A stretch of 64,000 nt of DNA from assembly GCA_963422755.1 (NCBI GenBank), contig OY730488.1; one strand, written 5' to 3'. The position numbers and the translations under genes were made by a program. Positions 18,559 to 28,979 of this stretch are shown piece after piece (positions within the stretch are counted from its first letter, which is position 1; every line of letters starts with the position of its first letter). This DNA is from Dehalococcoidia bacterium. Its GTDB lineage: Bacteria; Chloroflexota; Dehalococcoidia; Bin125. The notes beneath the pieces were generated by a model. The model saw only the letters and a list, made by a program, of their open reading frames with translations. It was not told the DNA's origin and did not search any database.

Positions 18559-19350
18559 TCAGCTGCCGAGCGGCCGATGAACGGTTTCGCCCTCAATCAA
18601 CCCGTCGCGCATGTGGATGGTGCGGTTGGCGCGACGTCCGATGGCCTCATCATGTGTGACGATCACAAACGTCTGCTGATTGCGCTGATTCAGCCCCTCG
18701 AGCAGCTCCATGATCTGGTTCGCGTTCGTCGAATCCAGATCGCCCGTCGGCTCGTCGCCCCAGACGATGGCCGGGTCGTTGACCAGCGCCCGGGCGATCG
18801 TGACGCGCTGTCGCTGTCCACCGGAGAGCTGCGCCGGGCGGTGACTCGCCCAATCGACCAGACCAACCTGCTCCAGCGACGCACGGGCCCGTTCGCGCGA
18901 CTCGCGCTGGCCCACGCCTCCCAGCAACAACGGCAGTTCCACGTTCTCAATCGCCGACAGCACCGGCAGCAGATTGTAGAACTGGAAGACGAAACCCATC
19001 CGCCGCGCCCGATGGTCGGTGCGCTCGGTGTCGGGCATGTCGTGAATCGGGCGTCCCTCGATCGCGATCTCGCCCTGGTCGATCGTTTCCAATCCCGACA
19101 GGCAGTTCAACAACGTTGTCTTACCGCAGCCCGACGGCCCCATAATCGTGACCATCTCGCCCCGCGACACTGAGAGCGAGACGCCGCGCAGCGCATGCAC
19201 GGGCTGCCCGCCGGCGTCGTAGGTCTTGTGCACGTCGGATGCGGCGATGATTGGAGCGCCAGTCTCCGCCTCACGAGCAGTCACCGCCCCGCTTGCAACC
19301 GGTCCCTTTTGCGGTGCCTCTGCATCAATCCTGATCGGCCCGTCGCTCAT
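18559..19350 (-). CDS. ABC-transporter ATP-binding protein (MacB/LolD-type), partner of the FtsX permease
   Basis: It carries Walker A (GPSGCGKTT), the ABC signature (LSGGQRQRV) and Walker B (DEPTGDLD). Confidence 0.9.
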   Translation of the reverse strand: MSDGPIRIDAEAPQKGPVASGAVTAREAETGAPIIAASDVHKTYDAGGQPVHALRGVSLSVSRGEMVTIMGPSGCGKTTLLNCLSGLETIDQGEIAIEGRPIHDMPDTERTDHRARRMGFVFQFYNLLPVLSAIENVELPLLLGGVGQRESRERARASLEQVGLVDWASHRPAQLSGGQRQRVTIARALVNDPAIVWGDEPTGDLDSTNANQIMELLEGLNQRNQQTFVIVTHDEAIGRRANRTIHMRDGLIEGETVHRPLGS

Positions 19351-19467
19351 GCTCGCCTCCCCGGCTAGCGCTCACGCCTATCTGGGCGTAGCCACTCCAG
19401 CCTATCCCCACACCTGTAGCCTGAGTACCAACTCAACAGCACCTCCGCGTGGAAGAGGAGACGCCTC

Positions 19468-19767
19468 ATGTCCGAATCCTCCGATCTCATGCAGACCGCA
19501 GATCAATTCGCCCAGGACCTGATCGCCAACAACATCGCCGGCCTGATGCCACGCTTCACACCAGTCGGGATCGGCCAGGCAATGGCGATGCAGCAACAGC
19601 CCGACGGACGTTCCCCGCAAGGCTCCACGTCTTACGAAGTCTCCGACCAGGGCGAAAACCTGCTCCACATCACCTTCCGCGGCGACGATGGCGACGGCGC
19701 GATCTTCACCCAATGGGTTGAGGGAGCCATGGGCTGGCAGGTCGATGCCATCGGCCGCGTCGACTGA
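19468..19767 (+). CDS. Hypothetical protein
   Basis: A GGAAGAGGAG ribosome-binding site lies upstream of the ATG. The 99-aa product is acidic and has no recognised family. Confidence 0.5.
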   Translation: MSESSDLMQTADQFAQDLIANNIAGLMPRFTPVGIGQAMAMQQQPDGRSPQGSTSYEVSDQGENLLHITFRGDDGDGAIFTQWVEGAMGWQVDAIGRVD

Positions 19768-19792
19768 CCGCAGCTCGTCCCACTGAACCGAG

Positions 19793-20548
19793 TCAAGCCA
19801 GCTTGAGCTCAACGTCTCCGATACCGGCAAAGCGGATGACGACCTGCTGACCAGTCAGGCCGGGCGTGTAGATAGCCGCCGCGCCCGTGGTGATGATCTC
19901 GCCTGCGGACACGCTCATGCCGCGGTTGTTGATCTCGTTGACCGTCGCGACCAGCACCTCGGTCGGATTCGGGCGATCGTCACGGCCTGCAGCGACGACT
20001 TCGCCATTGATCAGAATCTGGCAATCCAGCGAGGCCAACTCCCGCGACTGCCAGTCATCGATCTCCGGACCGACTATCAGGGCGTGAGCGCCGACCCCGT
20101 CGGCGGCCATCGCGGCCATCCCTGGCGGCTCCTTATAGCGGATATTCGGCGCCTCGATCACGATGTGGCAATTGGACACCGCGGCGAGCACAGCGTCGGC
20201 GCCGTGGCCACCGCTGCTCGGCGCGAATTCCTGACCGAGCCGAAACGCCACCTCAGCCTCGAGGACGCAGTTGACAAACGAATCTCCAGCGATCGCGGCC
20301 GGTGACTCGTAGATCATGCCTTCGAAGAAGGGCGCCAGCACCATATCGCCGCCGACCACGGCCGCCTTCCAGGCGACCGACGGACGCTGGTTGCGCGACC
20401 AGCGCTCCCAGTAAATGCGTCCACCGTCCTCGGGCCTCTGGGGACGGCACGATTCAGGAATGAGTGGCAACGGCAGGCCGCGCGCGGTCGCCGCTTCGAG
20501 AAAATCGGCGGCCTCGATGACCAGAGCGTCAGTGAGGGCTTCAGACAT
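19793..20548 (-). CDS. 2-keto-4-pentenoate hydratase / fumarylacetoacetate-hydrolase (FAH) family protein
   Basis: It shows the MhpD/HpaH-like fold with motifs GEIITTG and EAEVAF. Confidence 0.7.
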   Translation of the reverse strand: MSEALTDALVIEAADFLEAATARGLPLPLIPESCRPQRPEDGGRIYWERWSRNQRPSVAWKAAVVGGDMVLAPFFEGMIYESPAAIAGDSFVNCVLEAEVAFRLGQEFAPSSGGHGADAVLAAVSNCHIVIEAPNIRYKEPPGMAAMAADGVGAHALIVGPEIDDWQSRELASLDCQILINGEVVAAGRDDRPNPTEVLVATVNEINNRGMSVSAGEIITTGAAAIYTPGLTGQQVVIRFAGIGDVELKLA

Positions 20549-20644
20549 CGGGACCCCTCTTTCACAATGCGTAGCTCATAGCAGTGCGGCAGCTCACAGT
20601 GGCAGACTGCAGTGCGCATAGGATAGGCGCTAACCTACCGCGAA

Positions 20645-21211
20645 ATGTCGACGCCACCGCGCCCCATGAACGAACTGGTCGAGGCTCTGGTCTCGCTCGG
20701 GACCGATGAGATCGACCACAGCGGCCACGACTTCCTCAGCCACTTACGCGCCGTCAGCGATCTGCTAGCCGCGCACGGACACGATGCTGAACTCACCGCC
20801 GCCGGCCTCTTCCATTCGATCTACGGTACGGAGAAGTTCCAGAGCTTCGCCTTCCCGCTCAGCCAGCGCGACCGCGTGCGCACGCTGATCGGCGAGCGGG
20901 CAGAACGAATCGCTTGGCTGAACTGCATCATGGACCGCGCCACCTTCGACGCCGCCGTCTCCCGCGCCCTCGACGGAGAATCAACCCTGGCGATCAGCGA
21001 CCGCGCAGGCAATCCACCGATCCCAGTGAGCATCGACCAGCTCCGCGACCTAGCGACCGTGCATCTCTTCGACTGGTTGGAACAGGTCGAACGGTCCGAG
21101 TTCGGCTGGGGCTACCGCCGTGAGGCGTACCGTGAGATGGCAGTGCTGGTTGGCGCTGAGGACCTCTACGCAGATGTCTTCGCGCACGAGCCGGCAGTGT
21201 CAGGGCACTAG
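20645..21211 (+). CDS. Hypothetical protein (possibly HD-like)
   Basis: The 188-aa ORF sits immediately upstream of the thiolase gene. It has His-rich motifs (SHLRAVSDLLAAHGHD, LFHSIYGTEKF). Confidence 0.5.
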   Translation: MSTPPRPMNELVEALVSLGTDEIDHSGHDFLSHLRAVSDLLAAHGHDAELTAAGLFHSIYGTEKFQSFAFPLSQRDRVRTLIGERAERIAWLNCIMDRATFDAAVSRALDGESTLAISDRAGNPPIPVSIDQLRDLATVHLFDWLEQVERSEFGWGYRREAYREMAVLVGAEDLYADVFAHEPAVSGH

Positions 21212-21256
21212 ACTGCCCACGCGCAGCCAGAGGTCAGCAACTGGAGAGGAATTCGC

Positions 21257-22516
21257 ATGAGCGACATTGACGCGACGGCAGGCAAGTACCTGCGCGACCA
21301 GTACGCCATCATCGGCGTCGGCGAGACCACATACACGCGCGGATCGGGGATGACCACCCGCGCGCTCGGCACCTGGGCGATCAAGAACGCAATGGACGAC
21401 GCCGGCATTCCCGCTAGGGAGATCGACGGCATGATGTCGTATGCCGGCAACGATTCCACCGCCTCCACGATGCTCGCCGGCGACCTCGGCATCCGCCTCA
21501 ACTTCTATATGGACGTGCAAGGCGGCGGCTCCTCCTCGGAAGCCTTGATCGGCCTCGCGATCGGTGCGATCGAGGCGGGGATGTGCGAGACGGTTGTCGT
21601 CTTCCGCTCGATGAACGGGTTCTCGCAGGTGCGGATCGGTGGTACCGGCGCGCGCGCCTCGATGCCGGTCGGCGGCGACGCCCTGCACGGGGCCGCCTAC
21701 GGATGGTTCTCAGCGGGGCAAAACTTCTCGCCCACATTCATGCGCCACATGTACGACTACGGCACCACGCCCGAGCAAGTGGCGATGGTCAAGGTGATCC
21801 ACTCCGAGCACGCTTCGAACAACCCCAAGGCCTACTACAAGCAGCGCGTGACGGTCGAAGACGTGGTCAACTCACGCATGATCTGCAAGCCGCTGCACCT
21901 GCTTGACTGCTGCGTCGAGACCGACAACGCGACCGCGCTGATCGTGACATCGGTCGACAAGGCCTACGACTACAGGAATACGCCGGCACGTATCCTCGGC
22001 GTCGCTGGACGCGTCTGCAAACCGCGCATTGACATGCATTTCCAGCACGGTCCGATCTCGACCGTCGCCGGGCACTACATCAAAGACATCATCTACCGCA
22101 ACGCCGGCGTGGGGCCTGAGGACATCCAGTCCACTGGCGCCTACGACGCTTTCACCTTCACCTCGATGCTGCAGCTGGAGGACTATGGCTTCTGCGCCAA
22201 GGGCGAGGGCGGTGACTACGTCTCCTCGGGCATCATGCGACTCGGCAGCGAACGTCCCAACAACACCTCGGGCGGCCACCTCTGCGAGGGCTACACGCAC
22301 GGGATGAACATGATCATCGAGAACGTGCGCCAGCTGCGCGGCGAGGTCGACGACTACTGCCCAACCGACGAAGACGGCAAGAAGCAGCACACCTTCAACT
22401 ACGCCGAGCCCGCCAGCGGCGGCGGCTGCCGCCAGGTACCCGACCTCGAGATCACGCAGAATCTCGGCTGGGCGATGCCCGGCACCGGCTCGTCGCTGAT
22501 CATGCGCAAGGGATAG
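21257..22516 (+). CDS. Thiolase-like protein of the SCP-x / nonspecific lipid-transfer-protein type
   Basis: It has a thiolase fold with an active-site region (CETVVVFR) and C-terminal GGHLCEGYTHGMN. It is followed by a DUF35 gene, the usual SCP-x partner. Confidence 0.85.
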   Translation: MSDIDATAGKYLRDQYAIIGVGETTYTRGSGMTTRALGTWAIKNAMDDAGIPAREIDGMMSYAGNDSTASTMLAGDLGIRLNFYMDVQGGGSSSEALIGLAIGAIEAGMCETVVVFRSMNGFSQVRIGGTGARASMPVGGDALHGAAYGWFSAGQNFSPTFMRHMYDYGTTPEQVAMVKVIHSEHASNNPKAYYKQRVTVEDVVNSRMICKPLHLLDCCVETDNATALIVTSVDKAYDYRNTPARILGVAGRVCKPRIDMHFQHGPISTVAGHYIKDIIYRNAGVGPEDIQSTGAYDAFTFTSMLQLEDYGFCAKGEGGDYVSSGIMRLGSERPNNTSGGHLCEGYTHGMNMIIENVRQLRGEVDDYCPTDEDGKKQHTFNYAEPASGGGCRQVPDLEITQNLGWAMPGTGSSLIMRKG

Positions 22517-22556
22517 CCGCCGTTCTCCATCTCGACCCAACGAACAGGAGCCGACC

Positions 22557-23093
22557 ATGCCGCAGGGCGAATATCTCGGGATGACCCTGACCGTCCTCGA
22601 CCTCGACAACGAAAACCTGGCCTACTTCCAGCACTGCTCCGACCACGATTTCCACCTCCAGCAGTGCGCCAACGCCGACTGCGGGTTGATCCGCTATCCG
22701 CCGGGCACCGCCTGCCCGTGGTGTTCAGGACGCGAGTTCAACTGGGTCCCCGTCGACGCGCGCGGGACTGTGCACTCCTACGGCGAGGTCCACCACGCGA
22801 TCCAGCCCGCCTTCCGCGAGCGCGCGCCGTATATGATCCTGCTCGTCCAGCTCGACACACAAGCCGGCGTACCCAGCGAGCATGAGGCGCTACGCGTCGT
22901 CGGCAATCTCGTGGACGCCAACGGCGACTTCGCCAAGCCTGAGCTGGTCAAGCGGGTCGGCATCGGTTCGCGCATGCGGATGGTCTTCGCCGATGTCGCC
23001 GACGGTCTGGCGCTGCCGCACTGGACACTCGACGAAGAGGCGGCGCAACCCTCAGCCCCCTGGCGCTACGCACAAGAAGTCAACGGCGTCTAG
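22557..23093 (+). CDS. DUF35 Zn-ribbon/OB-fold protein (BbsA/ChsH2-C-like partner of the SCP-x thiolase)
   Basis: The rubredoxin-like CxxC...CxxC (CANADCG...CPWCSG) is followed by an OB-fold. Confidence 0.8.
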   Translation: MPQGEYLGMTLTVLDLDNENLAYFQHCSDHDFHLQQCANADCGLIRYPPGTACPWCSGREFNWVPVDARGTVHSYGEVHHAIQPAFRERAPYMILLVQLDTQAGVPSEHEALRVVGNLVDANGDFAKPELVKRVGIGSRMRMVFADVADGLALPHWTLDEEAAQPSAPWRYAQEVNGV

Positions 23094-23131
23094 ACGCCAT
23101 GAGACTGGAATAAATGCGACTGGAATGAACG

Positions 23132-23971
23132 ATGACCGACAGCGGATTCCAGCGGTTCCAGGGCCGGTTCCAAGGCAAGGTCGCCTTGGTCACCGGCGGT
23201 GCCTCGGGCATGGGCGCTGAGTCCTCAATCAGACTGGCCCGCGAGGGCGCGGCCGTCGCGGTTGTGGGACTCGAACACGACCCGCGCGGCGCGGATGTCG
23301 TCGAACAGATCAGGGACGCCGGCGGACAGGCAATCTACATCGGCTGCGACGTCTCACGCGAGTCCGACTGCGACGCAGCCGCACAGGCCGCCGTCGACGC
23401 CTTCGGCCGCATCGACCTCTGCATCGCCGCCGCTGGCATCCTGCACGCGCGCTACGTTTCCGGCGAGGCGTCCGACAACGATCCCTCGCCAGCGAACCGC
23501 GCGGGACATGTGATCAACAAGCCCATCGAATTCTGGGAGCAGGTGCTGGCGGTCAACCTGACTGGCGTGATGCTGACCAACCGCGCAGTGGCGCGGCGAA
23601 TGATCGCGCAAGGCGGCGGCGGCGCGATCGTTAACATCAGCAGCGGCGCCGCCAAGATCCCCATGCCCGGCGGCGCTGACTACTCCGTCTCCAAAGCTGG
23701 CGTCTGGATGCTGACCCGTTGCATCGCGCTTGAACTCGCGCCGCACAACATCCGCGTCAACACGGTCGCGCCGGGTGTGATCGATACACCCATGGCGCTA
23801 TCGCTGTCGCAGGACGAACAACGCCGCGCCGCCTTCGAGCGATTCGTGCCGCTCGGACGACTCGGCGCGGCTGAGGACATCGCCGAAGCTTCACTGTTCT
23901 TGCTGAGCGATCACGCGAGCTACATCACCGGCCAAATCCTGCATCCCGACGGTGGCATCTTCAGCGGCTAA
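23132..23971 (+). CDS. SDR-family oxidoreductase
   Basis: It has TGGASGMG, a YxxxK region (YSVSKAG) and a C-terminal ITGQILHPDGG. Confidence 0.85.
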   Translation: MTDSGFQRFQGRFQGKVALVTGGASGMGAESSIRLAREGAAVAVVGLEHDPRGADVVEQIRDAGGQAIYIGCDVSRESDCDAAAQAAVDAFGRIDLCIAAAGILHARYVSGEASDNDPSPANRAGHVINKPIEFWEQVLAVNLTGVMLTNRAVARRMIAQGGGGAIVNISSGAAKIPMPGGADYSVSKAGVWMLTRCIALELAPHNIRVNTVAPGVIDTPMALSLSQDEQRRAAFERFVPLGRLGAAEDIAEASLFLLSDHASYITGQILHPDGGIFSG

Positions 23972-24025
23972 ACGGCGCGCGGCGGTTATCTTGGCGCTGC
24001 CGCGCAGAACCGAAAGGAGTCCTGC

Positions 24026-24865
24026 ATGTCCCTGCCACCTGAGGAGTCGATGAACCGTTTCGCTGGCAGAGTCGCCGTGGTCACTGGTGGTGCGAGCGGT
24101 ATGGGGCGAGAATCGTCTATTCGGCTAGGGCGCGAGGGCGCCGCGGTCGTGGTCGCTGGCCTCCCCGACGACGAACGCGGCCCTGAGACCGTCTCGCTCG
24201 TCGAGGCCGTCGGCGGACAGGCGGTCTACGTCGGTGTCGATGTGACCCGCGAGGCCGATTGCGACGCCATGGCCCAGACCGCGATCGATCAGTTCGGACG
24301 CCTGGACCTCTGCATCGCGGCGGCCGGCATCTCGCACGCTGGCTACGTCTCGGGCGAAGTGAGCGAGGGAGAACCGCTGCTCGGTGGCGCGCAGCGATAC
24401 GTCATCCACAAGCCGGTCGAGTACTGGGAGAAGGTGCTCGCAGTCAATCTGACCGGCGTGATGCTGACCAACCGCGCTGTCGCTCGCCACATGATCGCGC
24501 AGGGTGAAGGCGGGGCCATCGTCAACATCTCCTCCGGCGCGGCAAAGGCGCCGATTCGCGGCATGGCCGACTATTGCGTGTCAAAGGCCGGCGTCTGGAT
24601 GATGACCCGCGTGCTCGCGCTCGAGCTCGCCGCCCACCAAATTCGCGTCAACACGGTCGCGCCAGGGCTGATTGACACGCCGATGACGCTCGCCGTCACC
24701 ACCGACGAAGAGCGCCGCCAGCGCCGCGTCGAATCCATTCCGCTCAATCGGCTCGGCGAGCCGGCCGATATCGCCGAAGCAGCGCTCTTCCTGCTCAGCG
24801 AACAGTCCAGCTACATCACCGGGCAGATCCTCCACCCCGACGGCGGGATCTTCGTTGGCAGCTAG
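24026..24865 (+). CDS. SDR-family oxidoreductase, tandem paralog of the preceding gene
   Basis: It is collinear with the 23132..23971 product along its full length. An AAAGGAG ribosome-binding site precedes the ATG. Confidence 0.85.
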   Translation: MSLPPEESMNRFAGRVAVVTGGASGMGRESSIRLGREGAAVVVAGLPDDERGPETVSLVEAVGGQAVYVGVDVTREADCDAMAQTAIDQFGRLDLCIAAAGISHAGYVSGEVSEGEPLLGGAQRYVIHKPVEYWEKVLAVNLTGVMLTNRAVARHMIAQGEGGAIVNISSGAAKAPIRGMADYCVSKAGVWMMTRVLALELAAHQIRVNTVAPGLIDTPMTLAVTTDEERRQRRVESIPLNRLGEPADIAEAALFLLSEQSSYITGQILHPDGGIFVGS

Positions 24866-24985
24866 GTCGACCGTGCCGCTCGGTCAGCCCGGCAATCGCG
24901 GCACCAGGCAGTCGCGTCAACTAGCCAGTCGGCGATTAGTGCGATCGCTGGGACTGCGGATAGGCTCACCGGAGAGGGAGCGCTT

Positions 24986-26206
24986 GTGCTAACGCTCGCA
25001 CTGCAGCAACTGCTCACCAAGAAACTGCGCAGCGTCCTGACTGTGCTTGGCTTCGGCGTCTGCGTGAACCTCTACATCGTCGTCACCACCGTGATGCGCT
25101 TCATCACCGACGACCTCGACCTCCAGGTCCAGCGCTTCACCGGCGTGCTCTTCGTCCAGTCGCGGGGACTGACCGGCCTGTCCGGGATCGAGTGGCCGCC
25201 GATCTCCTCAACCATTGCCATCGAGGAAGCTGACACGGTGCTCCGCTACCCGGCGGTGGATCTATCTCGCTCGAGCAAGGTGTCGTTCGCGGCGCTCGCG
25301 CCACCGCCCTACCCGACTGCCCCGCCCGAGGCACTGTTGGTCGGCATCGAGGCAGGCAAGGAGGACGTCTTCCTCAACGGCGCCAGTGCGATCGCCGGAC
25401 AGCCGCACTTTCCCACTCATTCGAACGGGACCGACGCCGTATCCGCGCCGCCCGCGATCCTGGGCGTGCTCGCCGCGCGTCATTTCGCCCGCATCGCGAC
25501 GTCGACCATGGAAGTACCGTCGCCAGTGGGACCGATCGCGCTGGCGGCCATCGGCAGCCGCATCTCCGTGCGTGGCGGGGAGTTCGAAGTGCTCGGCATC
25601 ATCGAGCCAGAAACGAATCAGCTGCTGCGCTCCGCTGTCCTGGTCCCACTCGAAGAGGCGCAATGCGTCCTGCAGACCCCACAGTCAGTGACCGCCATGC
25701 TGATCTCGCCCAAGCGCGCCTCCGACATCGACCCGCTCCAGCAAACGATCGAAGCGGAGCACGCAGAGTTGATGGTCATCTCCGACCGCCAGCTCGCCGA
25801 GAACGCGCGTCAGCTGCTCGACCGCGTCAATCAGCTCTTCGACGTCGTGCGCTGGACGTCTGTTTCCGTTGCGGCGCTCCTGATCGCGATCGTCATGTTC
25901 GTCTCGGTGCTGGAACGCACGCGCGAATTGGGCACGCTGCGCGCCATTGGCGCACCGCGCCGATCGTTACTCTCGCTGATCCTCACCGAGTCCGCCGGCT
26001 TCGCTGCGGCTGGCTCGATCGTTGGCGTGCCGATGTCGCGGATCGTGATTCGCCAGGCGCTCGGCCCTGACGCCGCTGGGCTACGCTCGCGCCAGATTGA
26101 ATGGGGCGCGGCCGGCATTCTCAGCCTCTGTTCGATGCTGGCGGCGCTGATGCCCGCCTGGCGCGCCGTCCAGGTCGACCCGATCATCGCGCTGCGGTAC
26201 GAGTGA
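24986..26206 (+). CDS. ABC-transporter permease, FtsX-like (MacB-type)
   Basis: It starts at GTG. The product has an N-terminal TM helix, an extracytoplasmic domain and a C-terminal FtsX 3-TM bundle. Confidence 0.8.
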   Translation: MLTLALQQLLTKKLRSVLTVLGFGVCVNLYIVVTTVMRFITDDLDLQVQRFTGVLFVQSRGLTGLSGIEWPPISSTIAIEEADTVLRYPAVDLSRSSKVSFAALAPPPYPTAPPEALLVGIEAGKEDVFLNGASAIAGQPHFPTHSNGTDAVSAPPAILGVLAARHFARIATSTMEVPSPVGPIALAAIGSRISVRGGEFEVLGIIEPETNQLLRSAVLVPLEEAQCVLQTPQSVTAMLISPKRASDIDPLQQTIEAEHAELMVISDRQLAENARQLLDRVNQLFDVVRWTSVSVAALLIAIVMFVSVLERTRELGTLRAIGAPRRSLLSLILTESAGFAAAGSIVGVPMSRIVIRQALGPDAAGLRSRQIEWGAAGILSLCSMLAALMPAWRAVQVDPIIALRYE

Positions 26207-26212
26207 GCCGCC

Positions 26213-26956
26213 GTGAGCGACGATCCCACAAGCGCAGACGAGCCCCCCGCACTGATCTCGGTGCGCAATCTCGAGCGTATCTATCGGCTGGGCGAACAAA
26301 CGATCCACGCCCTGCGCCCACTCACGCTGGATATCCGCTCCGGTGACTTCATCGCCATCGCGGGACCGTCAGGCTCGGGCAAATCGACACTGCTGCAGCT
26401 GCTGGGGCTGGTCGACTCGCCCTCTGGCGGAGACGTACAGGTTCGGGGACGATCCGCCCGGGACATCGGCCGCGAGCAGCGCGCGGCGCTGCGCCTGCAC
26501 ACCCTGGGCTTTGTCTTTCAGGCGTTTAACCTGCTGCAAATGCTCACCGCTCGGCAGAACGTCGAGATCGCGCTCGCGCTCGCTGGCATCCCCCGCCGCC
26601 GACGCCGCCAGCGCGCCGAGCGCCTGCTGACCTCCGTGGGACTCGCAGCTCGGCTGCACCACCGACCGCTGCAACTGTCGGGAGGCGAACGCCAACGCGT
26701 CGCCATCGCCCGGGCGCTCGCCAACGATCCCGACGTGATCCTCGCCGACGAGCCGACCGGCAACCTCGACCTGCAGACCGGGCGCGAGATCGTGTCGCTG
26801 CTGGAAGATCTCAACCGCGCCGGGCAGACCATCGTGATGGTCACCCACAACCTCGAGATGGCACGCCGCGCCAGCCGACTCTTCTTGATGCGCGACGGAG
26901 AAATTCGAGAGGTCGACCCGAGTGATGCTGACGTGCAAACGTCAGGCCTGCGGTAG
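26213..26956 (+). CDS. ABC-transporter ATP-binding protein
   Basis: It carries Walker A (GPSGSGKST), the signature (LSGGERQRV) and Walker B (DEPTGNLD). Confidence 0.9.
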   Translation: MSDDPTSADEPPALISVRNLERIYRLGEQTIHALRPLTLDIRSGDFIAIAGPSGSGKSTLLQLLGLVDSPSGGDVQVRGRSARDIGREQRAALRLHTLGFVFQAFNLLQMLTARQNVEIALALAGIPRRRRRQRAERLLTSVGLAARLHHRPLQLSGGERQRVAIARALANDPDVILADEPTGNLDLQTGREIVSLLEDLNRAGQTIVMVTHNLEMARRASRLFLMRDGEIREVDPSDADVQTSGLR

Positions 26957-27043
26957 CCTGTAGCTTCCCTGCAGAGCAGCCGGCGCATCGGAGTTGCGCG
27001 CGGAAACTGCAAGGCACGGGAACAGCAGGGCACGGGAGTCCGA

Positions 27044-27550
27044 GTGTCGCAGCATCAAGATCAGACCGGCCCATCAGCCCGCGCCGACGGCACGCCTGCC
27101 GCGGACACATCGGCCGGGCACGCGCCCAACTTCTGGCCAGAGGCGCTTGAGGTCATCCGCAGCGCGCCGATCGCCCTGCTCGCCACCACGCACGGACTGC
27201 AACCGCATGTCCGCCCAGTCACTCCCGCGTACGTCGGTCTCGACGCTTACATCCTGACGACCAGCGGCTCATTCAAGGTGCGCCAGATCGAACGCAACCC
27301 ACGCGTCGAGCTCCTCCACTGGTCGACCGACTTCCGTCATCTCAACCTGGCCGGCTGCGCGACCATGACCGAGGACCATGACAAGATCAACGATGTCGCC
27401 CCGTACTTCCCGTACGTCGTGGATGACTTCTTCGGTACCCACATTCGCCCGCCGGTACTCGTCAAGGTTTCGATGCGGCGTATCTCGATCACCACCTTCA
27501 ACGACATCATTGCGGACAAACGGCCACGCATCTGGCGCGTGTCAGAGTAA
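27044..27550 (+). CDS. Pyridoxamine-5'-phosphate-oxidase-like FMN/F420-binding split-barrel protein
   Basis: It has a PPOX-class fold ([47 protein letters not shown]) and starts at GTG. Confidence 0.6.
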   Translation: MSQHQDQTGPSARADGTPAADTSAGHAPNFWPEALEVIRSAPIALLATTHGLQPHVRPVTPAYVGLDAYILTTSGSFKVRQIERNPRVELLHWSTDFRHLNLAGCATMTEDHDKINDVAPYFPYVVDDFFGTHIRPPVLVKVSMRRISITTFNDIIADKRPRIWRVSE

Positions 27551-27618
27551 GCCGCCGTTCAGCCACACGCGCTATATGCACATCAACACGTGACGCGGCA
27601 GCAAGAGAGGATCGCCTC

Positions 27619-28560
27619 ATGCGTATCGCTTTGATCGGCCAAGCCCCGTTCGGCGCGGCCGTGTTCGAACGACTGAGCGAGGATGGACACGAGATCGTCG
27701 GCGTCTTCACGCCGCCCGAGCGCGAAGGCGGGCGCCCCGATCCACTGGCCCAGGCCGCGCGCGACGTCGGCATTACGCTCGTGCAACCACGCCGCTGGCA
27801 GCGGCGCGGCATCGTCGACGAAGACGTCATCGCCCAGTACGAGGCGACCGACCCTGAACTCAACGTAATGGCCTTCGTCACCCAAATCATCCCCTCGCGG
27901 GTACTCGATTTCCCACCGCAGCAGACGATTCAGTACCACCCCTCGATTCTGCCCAGGCACCGCGGTCGTTCGGCGATCAACCACGCCATTCTGCAGGGCG
28001 ACACCCGAACCGGCGTCACCATCTTCTGGGTCGACGAAGGTCTCGACACCGGTCCGATCCTCCTGCAACGATCCTGCCCGATCGGCCCCGATTCGACGAT
28101 CAATGAGGTCTACCGCGAGCATCTCTTTCCGCTCGGCATCGAGGCGATGTCGGAGGCGGTGCACCTGGTCGAGGCTGGCCAAGCCCCACGCCACGCGCAA
28201 AACGAAGCCGACATGACCTATGAGGGTCCATGGGAGGGCGATATCGCCCAGATCGACTGGTCGCAGGATGCACGCACCGTGCACAACTTTATCCGCGGCT
28301 CCGACCGCGCGCCCGGCGCCTGGGGCACAGTCAACGGCGAACGCGTCACGCTGCTCGGCTCTACAGACTCGGAACAGACCAGCGGCGCTGCGGGGCAGAT
28401 CGCAGCGATCGACGACGACGGTATGACGATCGTCTGCGGCGACGGTGCTGCGATCCGCGTCACCACCCTCGCCGTCGGACGCGAGCGTCAGCCAGCCCGC
28501 GAATGGGCATCCGCGCACGGCGTCGTGGTCGGCGCAATCTTCGAGTCCACCACGGAATAG
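27619..28560 (+). CDS. Formyltransferase-family protein (Fmt / methionyl-tRNA formyltransferase-like)
   Basis: The N-terminus is MRIALIGQAPFGAAVFERL, and HPSILPRHRG is the formyltransferase active-site motif. A C-terminal beta-barrel domain is present. Confidence 0.75.
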   Translation: MRIALIGQAPFGAAVFERLSEDGHEIVGVFTPPEREGGRPDPLAQAARDVGITLVQPRRWQRRGIVDEDVIAQYEATDPELNVMAFVTQIIPSRVLDFPPQQTIQYHPSILPRHRGRSAINHAILQGDTRTGVTIFWVDEGLDTGPILLQRSCPIGPDSTINEVYREHLFPLGIEAMSEAVHLVEAGQAPRHAQNEADMTYEGPWEGDIAQIDWSQDARTVHNFIRGSDRAPGAWGTVNGERVTLLGSTDSEQTSGAAGQIAAIDDDGMTIVCGDGAAIRVTTLAVGRERQPAREWASAHGVVVGAIFESTTE

Positions 28561-28588
28561 TCGAAGCGCCGAACGTTCAGATCATGGC

Positions 28589-28885
28589 TCAGGTCATGTC
28601 CTGCACGCGCTTGCCCGAGTCCACGAGCGGCGCGAATCGGGTCTGACTCAGCGGGTCGTTGCGCGATGCCTTCTCCCAAGCTGCGTCGATCATCTTTGCG
28701 TACTTGGGATGCATCTCGCGCATCTTCGTATTCTCATCCTTGATGAAGGCCGGGCGGGCGATCAAGCGCTCGACCGCAGCATCGGACTCGCAGGCCTCGC
28801 AGGCCGGCGCTGGCGCGTCCATCTGCCGCGTGAACCACTCCCATTCGGCGCCGCAGATTCGGCAGGCGTATTCGTAGATCGGCAT
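28589..28885 (-). CDS. FmdB-family zinc-ribbon protein
   Basis: MPIYEYACRICGAEWEW...CEAC is the hallmark N-terminus. The longer 170-aa ORF is an over-extension. Confidence 0.7.
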   Translation of the reverse strand: MPIYEYACRICGAEWEWFTRQMDAPAPACEACESDAAVERLIARPAFIKDENTKMREMHPKYAKMIDAAWEKASRNDPLSQTRFAPLVDSGKRVQDMT

Positions 28886-28979
28886 GTCGGACTCCTGTCG
28901 CCTGATGACCAACGCCGAACTCTCGCGATGGTACGATTGAGCCAGAGTAGCCGCACTGGATCGCACTGGAGGAGGCACC

